Assembly: GCA_951406725.2 (NCBI GenBank)
Contig: OX597820.1
Span: 100,254,001-100,318,000, forward strand
Reading direction: 5' to 3'
DNA: 64,000 nt
Source: Octopus vulgaris
Taxonomy: Eukaryota
The position numbers and the translations under genes are program-made. The first letter of the stretch is position 1. Each line of letters begins with the position of its first letter. The notes beneath the pieces are model-generated. The model did not search any database, was not told the origin of the DNA, and saw nothing but the letters and a program-made list of their open reading frames with translations. Below, one piece after another: positions 51,785 to 64,000 of the stretch.

Positions 51785-53053
51785 CGAGGGGCGTTCAATA
51801 AGTAATGCCCCTGACCCACTTGCAGTTGTTTGATGTAGCTGAAATTTTGCATGTGCACTTATTTATACCTCTATAGATTAAGTGGCGAATTACAGCTCTG
51901 AACTAATTGTGGTTTCTGATTTACAGGTGTTTGAACTGAGTCAAGTGTGAAATGGAGCCTGTTCAGTGTCGAGCAGTGATCTGGTTTTTGTATTTGAAAG
52001 GACGCACACCACGGGAGACTTTTGATGAAATGAAAGTAACTTATGGTGATGATGCCCATCATATGACCTTGTAAAACGCTGGCATTGTGAATTCAAACAT
52101 AGTCGGAACTCAGTGGAAACAGCTCCCAGATCTGGTCGCCCCCTTCTGCCGTTGATGAGACGTCTGTCCGTCAAGTTGAGGCTGCCATTTTGGAAGGTCA
52201 ACGCATAACTATTCGCCAAATAGCCCATAAGGTCAAGATTAGTACCGGGTCTGTGGAAACTATCATTCATGACCATTTGCATATGCAAAAGGTGTCTGCC
52301 AGATGGATTTCCAGGTTGCTCACACCTTTCCAGAAGCAAGAACGCGTTGAGTGCTCGAGGATGAATTTGGAGATGTGCCAAGAAGATGAGTCAAAATTTT
52401 TCAAAAGACTGATCACACAGGATAAAACCTGGGTCCATCACTATGATCCATAGACCAAAGCCCAGTCAATGCAGTGAAAGCACCGTGACTCACCTCCTCC
52501 AAAGAAGGCAAGGGTGCAGCCCTCCGCTGACAAGGTTATGCTCACAGTCTTCTGGGACCAGGACGGAGTAGTGATGACAGATTTCCTGGCAAAGGGTACT
52601 ACAATTACAGGAGCCTATTATGCTTCACTTTTGAGGAAATTAAGAGAAGCTATCAAAATCAAGAGACGGGGCAAGATCAGCAAAGGCATCCTCCTCCTGC
52701 AAGACAACGCTCCAGTCCACAACTCGCGTGTCGCCAGATCAGAAGCACAGGCGTGCAGCTATGAACTCCTCCCCTTGCACCCTCTGATTTTCACCTCTTC
52801 CCAGCCATGAAGTTGATTTTGAAAGGAAAGCGTTTCCCAGATGATGCAGCCTTGATTTCTGAAGTCACGTCGTGGTTGGAGGACCAAGCTGGGGTCTTCT
52901 ACAAAAACGGTCTCCAGAGCTGTATCAAACGATGGGAGAAATGCATAACTCTGGGTAGTTCCTATGTAGGAAAAGACTAATAACTGTGCCAAGTGCCGTT
53001 GCTCTACTGCTATGGGAAGTGGGTCAGGGGCATCACTTATTGAACGCCCCTCG
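51785..53053 (+). mobile_element. Full-length mariner (1.27 kb) with pseudogenised transposase (51952-52980), inserted into a SINE B
   Basis: TA TSD at 51783-84 and 53054-55; TIR cgaggggcgttcaataagt..tgcccctgacccactt; ITQDKTWVHHYDP, KVMLTVFWD, LLQDNAPVH; stops and frameshifts; SINE B pieces at 51715-51782 and 53056-53215. Confidence 0.96.
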
Positions 53054-53959
53054 TACTTAAGGTGTTAGCAGTTCAGCAGAAGAACCGATAGGACGAGTAC
53101 CAAACTTCAAAAACAAAACTTAGTTCTGATGTCGATTTGTTCTGATGTCGATTTGTTCGACTAAAATTCTTTAACCCAACATGGCTACACTCCGATGACT
53201 GGAACAACTAAAAGATCAATGATAAGAGCCGCAAATTTACTGTTACTTCTCCATAGAGATTTTCCTTTACCCAATTTGATAAGATATTCGCATCCTGCGA
53301 GGAGCTGGTCTCGACTGCAGCAAATGTTGTTTTTTTTTACCTCGTCTCAGAATAATATCTGATCTATTGCGTTTATATCGGATCGCTGTTTTTCACTGAA
53401 ATGATCTACCATTAGCCTTCATATGTACATGTTTGTAGGACTAGTTATTGACCTGAAGTCACTCTCAATGTCATAATCTAGAACGACGTTAAATGTTGAA
53501 TACACACACAAATAAGCACACTCACAAATACACAAAACCACACATTCGCATACAAATACATATATTACAAGTAATATTGAGTTACTCCCCCTGATACTAT
53601 AACTACTTTTCTTGAGTCTTTTGGTCGGCTAAATGATTTGGTATTCTTGCAAATTACTTATGTATGCCCGTTAACATAAGTAAACAGTTTGTTTGAGGTG
53701 TCACTGCACCTTTTAGGGTATCGAAAATGTATACACGGGGTTGTTTCTTCAGAGTACGGGAAATAACTTCGTTGTACTGTATATTCGGTTGTATATTATC
53801 AATGTATATATGTTGTTTGCGTTTGTATGTTTCTTATCCAATATCCACGTGTTTACTCTAAATATAGATGTTCTTTGAATAGTCTTAGTTTATTCGTAAA
53901 TTGATTAATTAAACAGAATCTATTCTGAATCTGCAATCGAGCGTCACGTCTTAATTTAC

Positions 53960-53973
53960 GTAACTATGGCAAC
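53960..53973. promoter_or_regulatory. RFX X-box-like motif in the proximal promoter of the DHRSX-like gene
   Basis: GTAACTATGGCAAC ~165 bp upstream of the ATG; CRE half-site CGTCA at 53942. Confidence 0.45.
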
Positions 53974-54136
53974 AACACTAAACGAAACCACTTCGCTTAC
54001 TAATTATTGATTAAATTACTCGTTGAGTAGACAGACAGTATCAATGCGGCTTGTCGCCGGCTTACTCTTTTCTACCGGTGCAGTCTCAAAAACAAATATT
54101 TTTGGTTGTCATTTTTAAAAAGATTTCGAAACAGCC

Positions 54137-54251
54137 ATGTGGCAAATGTTATTGGACTGGTTATGGATCGTATGGAATTTTATGTTGCTTTATTATATCG
54201 GAGTGCGATCTTTATTCCAGGATGTTACCAATGAACGCAAGAAACCATCAG
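54137..54251 (+). CDS. DHRSX: DHRSX-like short-chain dehydrogenase/reductase, exon 1 (hydrophobic N-terminus)
   Basis: gccATG context; MWQMLLDWLWIVWNFMLLYYIGVRSLFQDVTNERKKPS; CAG|gtttga donor; phase 1 matches exon 2. Confidence 0.8.
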
Positions 54252-56154
54252 GTTTGATGCAAAACATTTATGTTTTTCTTTTAAGTGGATCACATAATCT
54301 ATGGGTGAATAAAGTCACCTTATTTAGTCACGCCTCTTTCCGTTGTGAATTCAAATCCCAGCGTGGTTGACTTTACCTAACCTTCCTGTGTCGATATCAT
54401 GAGTAATAATCATATCAATAAGCTGTAGGTGTGGGAACGAAACTTGCTAAATGGGTGCAAACCCAGCTCCAAACTTTTTTACAAACAAGATCGATTTTTT
54501 TCAAATCTTAATATCAAAACAAATACAGGTGTAATAATAATTAATTATAATTTTGTACATCAATCAGATCAGATAAATCCAATAATGGGAAAGTAATTCT
54601 TAAATCAGTCCAAAAACGTTTCTACGCTCGTTCGTTTTGGTGATGAAGTTTTTCAGGAGGATGTTCAAAGCGTTTTAATTGCTCCACCAAAATGTTAGCT
54701 GGTGCGCTTACATCTCTTGTTCTCGAACTTATGATCGTAGCCGAATGTTTCGACTGTGGATTAGTAATATGCTAGAAACAAATTACTTTTATTTTTCTTG
54801 TATAACTTTTGATAACGCATATCTATGGTCAAAGTCGTTTTAGTCAGAGCCAACCTGTCTTATTTATTTAAAAAAAATTTCTTCTCCTCTGGTGGTAAAG
54901 CACGATATAAGGATGATCACTTTTATAGTTATGTTAAAGATTGAGCTACTAAATAAATCCTTGCGGCATACCCTATACATTTGAGCGATAAAACTATTTC
55001 ATGTATTATCGTTATGTGTTTAATCTTCTAAGAAACATTATATGTCTGGTTTGAGTAGTACTAATGTTAGTCACAGTATAGTCCGAACTGTGTGTTGACT
55101 TGTGAAAGAATGAATGTGTGCGACCGTGTTTTTCACTATTCAGCTACAAAAAATAAATAAATAACCATTAAAGAAATAAAAATTTTATACAGAACTTGCC
55201 GCACAAATACTTTCAAGTCTCCGAGACCAAATACGATTGATTACAGGAATTCATACTACGAGTATGAAAATAAATTTAAAAAAATTTTTTAAAACCCCTT
55301 CACCCCACAAATCCTAAAAGTTCCACTCATATTCGATTTCTTTTTTTTTTTTTTTCATTTTTAAACAGTCAGAATTTTTTGCTTAAATCTCAGCAATGGA
55401 CCACCCACGGATGCATCATCATTCCATTAGATATGTTTATGTGGAGAAAATATGAAGAACATTAATATATGTAAGAGTGACAAAGAAACGAGGAAGGTAT
55501 CAGGTGGTCATAAGATGTGCTAAAAATAACAGCTAAATCGCCCTTAAACAGTTTTTCTTTTTGCATAATTGTATGAATTCCCGTTGCAAAAGTTTTCTGA
55601 AAATACCAAAACATAAAAAAGCTGAGAGGTTATATGGGGTGCTTAAACCAGAATTCTGCCAAACTATCTTAATTATTAAGTCCCCACTTCTGGTAAAAGT
55701 GGTTTGTTAAAAGAAACAGTGATGTGCCAAACCAACTTACTCTCACAGTAAAAGGCGGCGAGCTGGCAGAAACGTTAGCACGCCGGGCGAAATGCGTAGC
55801 CGTATTTCGTCTGTCGTTACGTTCTGAGTTCAAATTCCGCCAAGGTCGACTTTGCCTTTCATCCTTTCGGGGTTGATAAATAAAGTACCAGTTTCCCACT
55901 GGGGTCGATGTAATCGACTTAATCCCTTTGCCTGTTCTTGTTTGTCCCCTCTATGTTTAGCCCCTTGTGTGCAGTAAAGAAATACATTTAGTTTGTCTCT
56001 GCATTTAAGGTCCAAAGTAACCAGGAATGAATTTAGCTCCCTAAATCCTAGTGTTGATAGAGCAAACTAACTCGTACTATACCATGCTCGATTTAATCAA
56101 TCACACTTAAGATCTATAAAAGTGGGTACAATTATTAGAAAAAAAATATTATTA

Positions 56155-56296
56155 GGTGCAGGCATGGCTCTGTGGTAAGAAGCTTGCTTCCCAACCATAT
56201 GGTTCTGGGTTCAGTCCCACTGCATGGCACCTTGAGCAAGTGTTTTCTACTATAGTCTCAGGCCAACCAAGGCCTTGTGAGTGGATACGGTAGATG
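56155..56296 (+). mobile_element. SINE family B, 5' part
   Basis: ggcatggctctgtggtaagaagcttgcttcccaacc...gtgagtggat. Confidence 0.85.
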
Positions 56297-56962
56297 TGTG
56301 TAACAAACTAAATGTATTTCTTTACTGCACACAAGGGGCTAAATATAGAGGGGACAAACAAGAACAGACAAAGGGATTAAGTCGATTACATCGACCCCAG
56401 TGGGAAACTGGTACTTTATTTATCAACCCCGAAAGGATGAAAGGCAAAGTCGACCTCAGCGGAATTTGAACTCAGAACGTAACGACAGACGAAATACGGC
56501 TACGCATTTCGCCCTGCGTGCTAACGTTTCTGCCAGCTCGCCGCCTTTTACTGTGAGAGTAAGTTGGTTTCGCACATCACTGTTTCTTTTAACAAACCAC
56601 TTTTACCAGAAGTGGGGACTTAATAATTTAGATAGTTTGGCAGAATTCTGGTTTAAGCACCCCATATAACCTCTCAGCTTTTTTATGTTTTGGTATTTTC
56701 AGAAAACTTTTGCAACGGGAATTCATACAATTATGCAAAAAGAAAAACTGTTTAAGGGCGATTTAGCTGTTATTTTTAGCACATCTTATGACCACCTGAT
56801 ACCTTCCTCGTTTCTTTGTCACTCTCACATATATTAATGTTCTTCATATTTTCTCCACATAAACATATCTAATGGAATGATGATGCATCCGTGGGTGGTC
56901 CATTGCTGAGATTTAAGCAAAAAATTCTGACTGTTTAAAAATGAAAAAAAAAAAAAAGAAAT

Positions 56963-57165
56963 GTGTTTGTGTGTCTGTGTTTGTAGCCCTAGCATTGCTT
57001 GACAACCGATGCTGGTGTGTTTATGTCCCCGTTACTTAGCGGTTCGGTAAAAGAGACCGAAAGAATAAGTACTGGGCTTACAAAGAATAAGTCCCGGGGT
57101 CGATTTGCTCGACTAAAGGCGGTGCTCCAGCATGGCCGCAGTCAAATGACTGAAACAAGTAAAAG
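56963..57165 (+). mobile_element. SINE family B 3' half with 9 bp target-site duplication
   Basis: aaaagaaat at 56954-56962 and 57166-57174; absent from the opposite arm. Confidence 0.88.
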
Positions 57166-58646
57166 AAAAGAAATCAAATATGAGTGGAACTTTTAGGATT
57201 TGTGGGGTGAAGGGGTTTCAAAAAAATTTTTTTTATTTATTTTCATACTCGTATGAATTCCTGTAATCAATCGTATTTGGTCTCGGAGACTTGAAAGTAT
57301 TTGTGCGGCAAGTTCTGTATAAAATTTTTATTTCTTTATCATCACTGGGTACATCTTAGTCAACAACAACTTGAATGGGCCATGATAGCACAAAACTTGA
57401 CTTAAAAATGACTTAACAGGTCCTATCAGGTGGTGCTATTAAGTTAGACATAGCCTGGGCCAATCTTTGGCCAAAACATATCTAAGTTATTTATTTGTGT
57501 GTGGGCATGGTTACTATCTTATCCCATGTTTAATATTGCTTTTGCTATATCTCTCACTACAGACATTTAATCAGCTTCCTGTCTTCACTTACGCAATTTA
57601 CATCCAGGATGATTACCAAAACAATTCTTTTTATGGATACACAATTACAATAATTTTTTTCTTTTTTTTTTTGTATGTATGCATTTAGATATGTAAATAA
57701 ACAGATCAAAATACAGATGGATAGGTATATAGACTATATGAACAGACACATATGGAGACACAGATCCACACATATAAAGATGCACATCCATACATACAAA
57801 ACATGGTACATAGTTACATAACACACACACATACACACAAGGAGACAGAGGTGCATATGTATACAAACACATGCTCACACACACATACATAGAAAATACA
57901 CGAACACGGACAGGCAAGCACATAAATATGCAGGATACATACATACATATATACATATGCATACACACACATATATACATACATACACATGCAAACACAC
58001 ACACACATACATACGTACATGCATGCATGTATAGGCACACACACACACTGACCCACACACATGCGCACAAACAAACAAAAGGGAACACAGTGTAAATAAT
58101 GGACAGAGTCAAAACTATTGAAAAGGTTGCAACACGCAACGAAAATTTTAGGAAAATAAAAATAAGAAATAAGTGGAAATTTTACCGGTGAGTGTGTTAA
58201 ATAATAAGGCACAAAAAGAAATTGACTCTCCTCAGACACAATTACAATAATATTGATAATTATTATGATAATGATTGTAAGAGTGGCAAGCTGGCAGAAT
58301 TATATCACTCCAGACAAAATGTTAAATAGCATTTCTTCTAACTTTTTACTTTTTAAGGTGGCGAGATGGTTAACATTTAGTGGCATTTTGATTGTCTTTG
58401 TTCTGAGTTCAAATCCCACCAGGTTGACTTTGTTTTTCTTCCTTTCAGCACAGTGGAAAAGTGCCCATTGAGTACTTGGGTTAATGTAATCAACTAGCTC
58501 CCTCCCCTAAAACAATTTCAGGCCTTTAGTAGAAAATATGATAATGAAAGTAATAAAGAGAATAATAACTATAAATGACATTATAGATATTTCTCTTTCA
58601 GTCATTTTTATAGATACTAATAAAATGAATTTGATCTACTTTTCAG

Positions 58647-58754
58647 CCTTGCCCCCACAACATGGAAGAGTTGCTATAGTCACTGGGGGAACCACAGGCA
58701 TTGGCTACTACACCATAAAGACTCTTTGCAGCCTAGGAATGCATGTTATTATCG
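58647..58754 (+). CDS. DHRSX: DHRSX-like SDR exon 2 (Rossmann TGxxxGxG motif)
   Basis: ttttcag|(A)LPPQHGRVAIVTGGTTGIGYYTIKTLCSLGMHVII|gtaagt; closely resembles DHRSX RVAIVTGGTDGIGY..LGMHVII; later exons not found in the window. Confidence 0.9.
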
Positions 58755-59192
58755 GTAAGTTCCTTTTAATTATCCCTATTACCAAAGCAAACAGATCATC
58801 TTTAAGGTGCAACAAGGTGGCACTGCACAAAACATCAAACCAGTTTATATGTTACAACCCTTATGAGGTAGCTTTTAAATATCTGATTAATTATATGCAT
58901 ATCTTAAATCTGCTACTACATAACAACAGCAACACTTTGTGATACTGAAACACTGAGTTTAAATCTAACCAATGACTGGCAAAATCTTTCCAAGGACAGC
59001 AATAGAAACATTTGTAATACTGAGAAAAAGCTTTGAAAGAAGCCTATAGTTGTCCATTGAGTAGAGTTCTATGAAAAAGGATAGTTCTCCTTTGATTCTG
59101 TCTGCAGTTGGGAGTATTGTTGGTAAGATGGGAAATGATTATGACAAAACCAATAGTTATTGTTCAATCTTTCAGTTCAACTGAGATTTATC

Positions 59193-59505
59193 GTGCCAGA
59201 GCGGCTAACTGGCTTCCATGCTGGTGGCACATAAAAGACACCATTCGAGCGTGATCATTACCAGCGTCACCTTACTGGCACTTGTGCTGGTGGCACGCAT
59301 AAAAACATTCAGGCGAGGTCATTGCCAGTGGCACATAAAAGCACCCACTACACTCACAGAGTGGTTGGCATTAGGAAGGGCATCCAGCTGTAGAAACTCT
59401 GCCAGATCAAGATTGAAGCCTGGTGCAGCCATCTGGTTCGCCAGCCCTCAGTCAAATCATCCAACCCATGCTAGCATGGAAAGCAGATGTTAAATGATGA
59501 TGATG
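59193..59505 (+). mobile_element. SINE family E, 3' part, with (TGA)n tail
   Basis: Internal gtgccngtggcacntaaaa repeats; ends taaatgatgatgatg. Confidence 0.8.
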
Positions 59506-59537
59506 TATGTAAATATAGCAAAAACATAAAAAAGATC

Positions 59538-59642
59538 CTTGCAACACCTGGTTTTCCTGAATGGAAACCTATCCGCATACTAACTAGATTCAACATTGCT
59601 CAACTTTAGTGTTCAGAAGTTGGTGTTTTTATGATAGTGCTA
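59538..59642 (-). pseudogene. Degenerate 5S rRNA pseudogene
   Basis: Plus strand caacacctggttttcc..gg..acctatcc..tactaactag...tgctcaactt..gttcaga aligns by eye with the reverse complement of 5S rRNA. Confidence 0.6.
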
Positions 59643-61599
59643 AAAGGTTGATAATCCTTCCAATGGAAGATAAGCCTTATTCTAGAAAGTTCATGAGCCC
59701 ACATATTCACCCTGTCCATAACATTAGATGTTATGTAACACTGAATGTTATATATACCATCAAGGAAGGGTCACTATAGAAGATAATAAAACAAAAAATT
59801 ACAAAGAAATAGCAATTAAGTCCTCTTTTGATATGCTTTCATTCATAATCTTCCATTAAGCAACCACAACAACTTCTATGGTGGCAACTTGTAGTAACAT
59901 CTATTTTAGGGACTATTTTATTTTTTTCATCAATGTTTCTAAAAAAAAAAGTATCAGATATTAATCTGAAAACTACAGCTTAAATTAGCCCCAGTGCTTT
60001 TGGACCTCGCTACAAGTATTTATTACTATTATTAATCAGCTACTCTTCTAATTCACTCCTTGGTCACTTGAGTAAGCGTACATGCTCTAGGTCAGGCATG
60101 GGCAACCTTTTTCAAGAAGTGGGTCACAGGTGATATAACTCATCATCAGGCAGGCCACACTACTGAAAAAATAAAGGTAATTTTTCATTAGGTGTATCAT
60201 TCAGAAACTCCCACATGCCACAACTATTTTTCATTCTCCCCAACTATTTTCCATCCCTCTCCTACATGTCTTAGCTCTTTGAGTACTTTCTACATTGTCT
60301 TTTGTCCATAAGAACCCCATCCTGTACTGGTGTCACAACAGAATGCCAAAAATGTGCACTCCCTCAGAGTGATGGGTGTGCAAAACAATCTCTCTAGTGC
60401 TGGTGCCACAAAATGTTCCCAATATACCCTGACAAGTGGTGGCCAACTGAGCATAGAATGCACAGGATTCTGAGGTCCTACATCCAGTATACTCTGTAAA
60501 GTGGTTGGCAACAGGAAGAGCATCCAGTCATATAAACTAAGTCAAATGACATTAATGCAAACATTACTCAATGAAAAGCAGCAACACTCAATATGAGATG
60601 AGTCGAACCATGACAACCTTTCCAAAAACCCATTCCAGCAGGGAAGGTGAATGAGAGATGATGATGTGAATGTTGATGAGTAATCAGCTTGTCAAGTAAT
60701 TAGGGCCTTGGAGGGTCAATAATGCATATTTTATTGTAGATGAAGGTTACAATGATGAGTTGTATCAAATTAACAATGGCCACTTAATTACATATAGCTG
60801 AGCCTTGACAGTTTACTCTGAAATTGTCCAGTTTACATCATCATTGTTTTTTTTATGTTCACTTTTCCATGCTTACATAGGTCAGATGGAATTTGTTGAG
60901 GCAGATTTCCTACAGCTGTATGCCATTTCTGTCATCAGCCACCACCTGTTTCCAAGTAAAGTAATATTTCCCCATGGTCGAAGTCATGTTTCTACAGAAG
61001 ATTGGAAATGAAAAACATCACTTGTATGACAGTGACACTCGCTTACAGCTATTACATTATATCAAAGCAAGGAAGCACAAACCCATGTACATGCCATATG
61101 CTTATGAATATGTATACATGGTGACTGAAAACTCATAGATATATATGACCATTGTTGATAGATTGTCTTATCCTTGATGTTAACAACAATGCCTATCAGC
61201 AGTGCCTATCAAGTTCGATAACAGCTTGCACAGCACTACTTAGACTCTCACCTGCAAAGCCAAATAGTCCAGGAACAAGTAAGAGCAAGATCTATGACTT
61301 TGCAATGAGATGGATGTTATTTTGCATTTCCCTATCCTAGTGAGATGTCTGAACAAAGACCAGAGGTCTTTCACTCTCAGCTGTTGGATGGCTGTTGACT
61401 CTACTGAGCTTACTTGTCTTTTGACAGGTTTTATCTTGCACTCTGCAGTGTGTCCAATGAAACCATCTTTCTTATTAAGTAGAGATGGTAGGGTTACCAG
61501 TTTAGTCGTCAATGGTCAACCACACAACAGGTTGTATTGAGTTGCATATTATATGTAGCACAAAAATCTAACACATATACATGTATGCATGTTTACACA

Positions 61600-61750
61600 C
61601 AATGGGCTTCTTTCATTTTCCATCTACCAAATCCTCTCACATGGCTTTGTTTGGCTCTGGGTTGTAGTAGAAGACACTTGCTCAAAGTGCCATGCAGTGG
61701 GACTGAACTTGTGGGAAGCAAACCTTTTAACCATACAGCCATGCATGCAC
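61600..61750 (-). mobile_element. SINE family B 5' half, diverged
   Basis: tagtagaagacacttgctcaaagtgccatgcagtgggactgaac. Confidence 0.75.
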
Positions 61751-62238
61751 CTCTTTTTATAAGTGCTATCACAGCTAATCAGTTCAGTATGAAACACACC
61801 AATTACTTTTTAGTGGTTTTTACTTCCATTCTTTTGTGATAGAATGGGGTCTGAACTGGAGGTACAACAAGATGGTTGTAGTAAGGTTTGAATAAATGAA
61901 TGCTTCTAGAAGCTTTGAAACTTTCACAGTCATTCCATGCCGAGATAATTTATTTCACAACTAATCATGTAAGTTATAGTTGACAATAAGACCATTTTCA
62001 TGTAGGAAACTCTGTTGGGCTACTTTGTCCCCTGATTTTTAAATCAATTACTTATTTAAGATAAACAGAAGCCTTGGGGTTTATGTGATTTTCATTCTGA
62101 CAATGTAAGTAGAGTGAAATGATGCATCAGGGAGTAGCAAACAGGAGGACATGGTAAGTTTCTTAGCAGCTTGCCATACCTTACAGTACTTTTTGATAAT
62201 TATAAATATAGGTGTTGCATAAGCATGTGGTGTTAGTA

Positions 62239-62490
62239 TTAACCCTTTCATTGCCAAATTGAATTCCATGGTTATTCCAGTAATGATGTTAATACATATC
62301 TACCAAAAAGTAAATTTGGTATTTTCTGCAAAAAATATTACCTCAATAAACTTGACATATTTCAACAAAAAATAGTTTCAACCATGTCATTCCTCAACAG
62401 AAGATAGACTGGTATATAAAACTGCTTTCCATAGTGAAGGGTTATGAAATTTTGAGCTGATGTACATGATTTCTGCTGTAAAAGGGTTAA
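62239..62490. mobile_element. piggyBac-type MITE, older copy
   Basis: TTAA-cccttt...aaaggg-TTAA. Confidence 0.7.
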
Positions 62491-62511
62491 AGTAAAGACA
62501 GATAGAGGGTA

Positions 62512-62740
62512 TTAACCCTTTCGTTACTGTATTTATTTTGAGATGCTCTGTGTTTCTTCCAATTATTTTAAATATAAGAAAGAATTTAGTAAAATAACAT
62601 CGTTATCATTGAGCTAGTGTTAGGAACATAAATTGTGACTAAAATTTGGTGGAAATTTTGAATTCAAAACTTATGAAAACAAGACATTTATACTAAAGAG
62701 CCAGAGCCGGTTTCAGCCGGGTTGGTAACGAAAGGGTTAA
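62512..62740. mobile_element. piggyBac-type MITE
   Basis: TTAA-ccctttcgttac...gtaacgaaaggg-TTAA; decayed relative at ~21830-21980. Confidence 0.88.
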
Positions 62741-63664
62741 AGATGTGTATCTGTGTTAATTGAGGACAGAATATTGAGACACAAACTCTAATTGTCATCT
62801 TTCTATCCACCCTCATAATACCACCATTTTACTGAATTTTCAAGATCTTATTTGAAACATGAGATGGCTGAAGGAATAGAGATGTTGTCTACTTTATTGC
62901 CATAAATGTTTACTGGATGTAGAATCTTATAAAAACAATGATCAGTAAGTACATGGTTTCACACTTAGATTTTTGTTCATTGAAAGACTCTGGGCAACAG
63001 TTGCTGTTAAAGTGTAATAACTGGCCACGTGAAAATATATTACCTTAAACTGTAATTAACACATTTACCTGTAACTGTAAGTTGTGTTGTATTGATTATT
63101 TGACAGCTTACAGTAAACTGCACAAGGTGAGCTAAACTTAAACCAGTCAAGATTATCTAAGTGATTTTCATGTAAACATATGTACATCAGTGTGTGTGAT
63201 TGTCAACTATACAATCGTGAATGCAACATGCTAACCACTTGCTCATTGGCCTCAACATATATATACATAAACATGTGTGTATGTATGTATGTTTATGTAT
63301 ATATATGTTGAGGCCAATGACCAAGCGGTTAGCATGTTGCATTCACGATTGTAAGGTCATAGTTTCAATCCTAGATTGGGTGGTGCATTGTGTTCTTGAG
63401 CAAAACACTTCATCTCGTGTTGCTCTGCAGTCGCTTTGATGCCTAACATATGGATGCACCATTCACCTGTTCAGGAAGTGTTGATTCGAATTGAGGGCAT
63501 GGTCACTATAAGCAAATCATTTGTGCAGGTCATTGAGTGAAAAACTGCTGATTCATTTTACTCAGACTACAAAAGACAACCGTCATAATTCATGCGTGTG
63601 AGTGTATATATATAATATTATCTAAGTGATTTTCATGTAAACATATGTACATCAGTGTGTGTGT

Positions 63665-64000
63665 GTGCCGGTGGCACGTAAAAAGCACCACCCGATCGTG
63701 TCTGTTGCCAGCACCGCCCCGACTGGCCTCCGTGCCGGTGGCACGTAAAAAGCACTACCCGACCGTGTCCGTTGCCAGCACCGCCTCGACTGGCCTCCGT
63801 GCCAGTGGCACATAAAAAGCACCATCCGATCGTGGCCGTTGCCAGCCTTGCCTGGTCCCCGTGCCGGTGGCACGTAAAAAGCCGTTTGCCAGCCGTTTGC
63901 CAGCCCCATCTGGCACCTGTGCAGATGGCACGTAAAAAGCACCCACTACACTCACGGAGTGGTTGGCGTTAGGAAGGGCATCCAGCCATAGAAACACTGC
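63665..64000 (+). mobile_element. SINE family E with tandemly amplified ~65 bp internal unit (runs off the window)
   Basis: Five gtgccggtggcacgtaaaaagc-type units followed by the family 3' region. Confidence 0.85.

Larger units (their letters stand above)
55169..57338. repeat. ~830 bp inverted duplication (55169-55996 and 56303-57338), 306 bp spacer
   Basis: Arms differ by a few substitutions and small indels plus one SINE insertion; each arm contains a SINE A (55753-55985 +, 56315-56546 -). Confidence 0.93.

Noticed and set aside
60093-60170. hAT/Charlie-type MITE left end (caggcatgggcaacc)
   Set aside because: Only one terminus is visible, so boundaries cannot be defined.

Overview
Eukaryotic, AT-rich and very repeat-dense genomic DNA. 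The SINE/LINE repertoire and microsatellite load suggest an octopus (cephalopod); this is inferred, not proven. Most ORFs in the supplied track are microsatellite translations. Two host genes are supported, both on +. (1) Four in-frame exons (14064-23540) encode the C-terminal ~180 aa of an uncharacterised mollusc-type extracellular domain. (2) The first two exons of a DHRSX-like short-chain dehydrogenase (54137-54251, 58647-58754). The rest is mobile DNA: R4/Dong-type LINEs stacked in (AAT)n tracts, several Penelope-like elements, RTE, CR1 and HERO fragments, a full-length decayed mariner, a Helitron 3' end, MITEs and about five SINE families. There is also a 2.5 kb (TA)n tract and a ~73 bp minisatellite. 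The most unusual signals are RNA-structural: an intact intronic hammerhead ribozyme, a tRNA-head element fused to a minimal hammerhead, a non-colinear (pseudoknotted) hammerhead-like motif in a HERO 3' UTR, and an ~830 bp near-perfect inverted duplication in DHRSX intron 1.
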